DNA from: Camelus ferus
Taxonomy: Eukaryota
Reading direction: 5' to 3'
Length of the DNA stretch: 64,000 nt
Assembly: GCF_009834535.1 (NCBI RefSeq)
Contig: NC_045696.1
Location: 104,410,001-104,474,000 of the forward strand
The notes under the pieces were generated by a model. The model saw only the letters and a list, made by a program, of their open reading frames with translations. It was not told the DNA's origin and made no database searches. Made by a program: the position numbers and the translations under genes. Below are positions 63,821 to 64,000 of the stretch, in pieces. Position 1 is the stretch's first letter. The number at the start of each line of letters is the position of its first letter.

Positions 63821-64000
63821 ACCCCCCAAAGTTCTGATCACCAGATCACTGCCTGATAGGGAGTAACTGCTGAAAAAAAATACGTGTTAAATGAACTTAG
63901 AAGTAGAGAGCACTTATTCTACCTACAGTTTACCATCTATCTATCATGTCTACCGACTTATTTAACCATATGTCTATGATGAGGTGCTGGCCCTACACCA

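Larger units (their letters stand above)
35054..64000 (-). other. CLSTN2: Large CLSTN2 intron (probably intron 8), partial
   Basis: Upstream of the exon at 34891-35053, which begins mid-protein; no further calsyntenin-like coding sequence seen in 29 kb; repeat-rich. Confidence 0.85.

Noticed and set aside
1..64000. CRISPR array, operon or other prokaryotic/defence system; novel multi-gene system
   Set aside because: Sequence is spliced mammalian gene DNA; no regularly spaced repeat-spacer array and no long intronless ORFs seen

Overview
Mammalian genomic DNA, very probably from a camelid (camel/alpaca/llama), judged from an intact tRNA-Ala-derived Vic-1-type SINE. The whole window lies inside the 3' part of the calsyntenin-2 gene (CLSTN2) on the minus strand. 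Nine coding exons were reconstructed by hand (34891-35053, 21849-22015, 13515-13663, 9409-9626, 5957-6127, 5326-5471, 5073-5196, 4110-4294, 1986-2186). All have GT-AG ends and compatible phases, and they join into an open 1524-nt frame (507 aa + TAG). This frame encodes the end of the LamG/LNS-like region, the rest of the ectodomain, the transmembrane helix and the acidic tail with two WDDS motifs. Exon numbers 9-17 are assigned from my recollection of the human gene structure. Bases 1-1985 are 3' UTR, and 35054-64000 belong to one large upstream intron. The introns hold ordinary mammalian repeats: L1 pieces, MIR, MaLR/ERV solo LTRs, hAT-Charlie elements and microsatellites. I found no prokaryotic-type system, CRISPR array or credible new protein-coding gene. 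The best second-look items are small-scale. They are a twin-primed inverted L1, a 41-bp segment duplicated 2 kb away, a sense-oriented ERV1 solo LTR with a GAS motif, a frameshifting cryptic acceptor 19 nt upstream of exon 14, and a dense LTR cluster at 43-53 kb. Repeat family names come from recalled consensus similarity, not from a database search.
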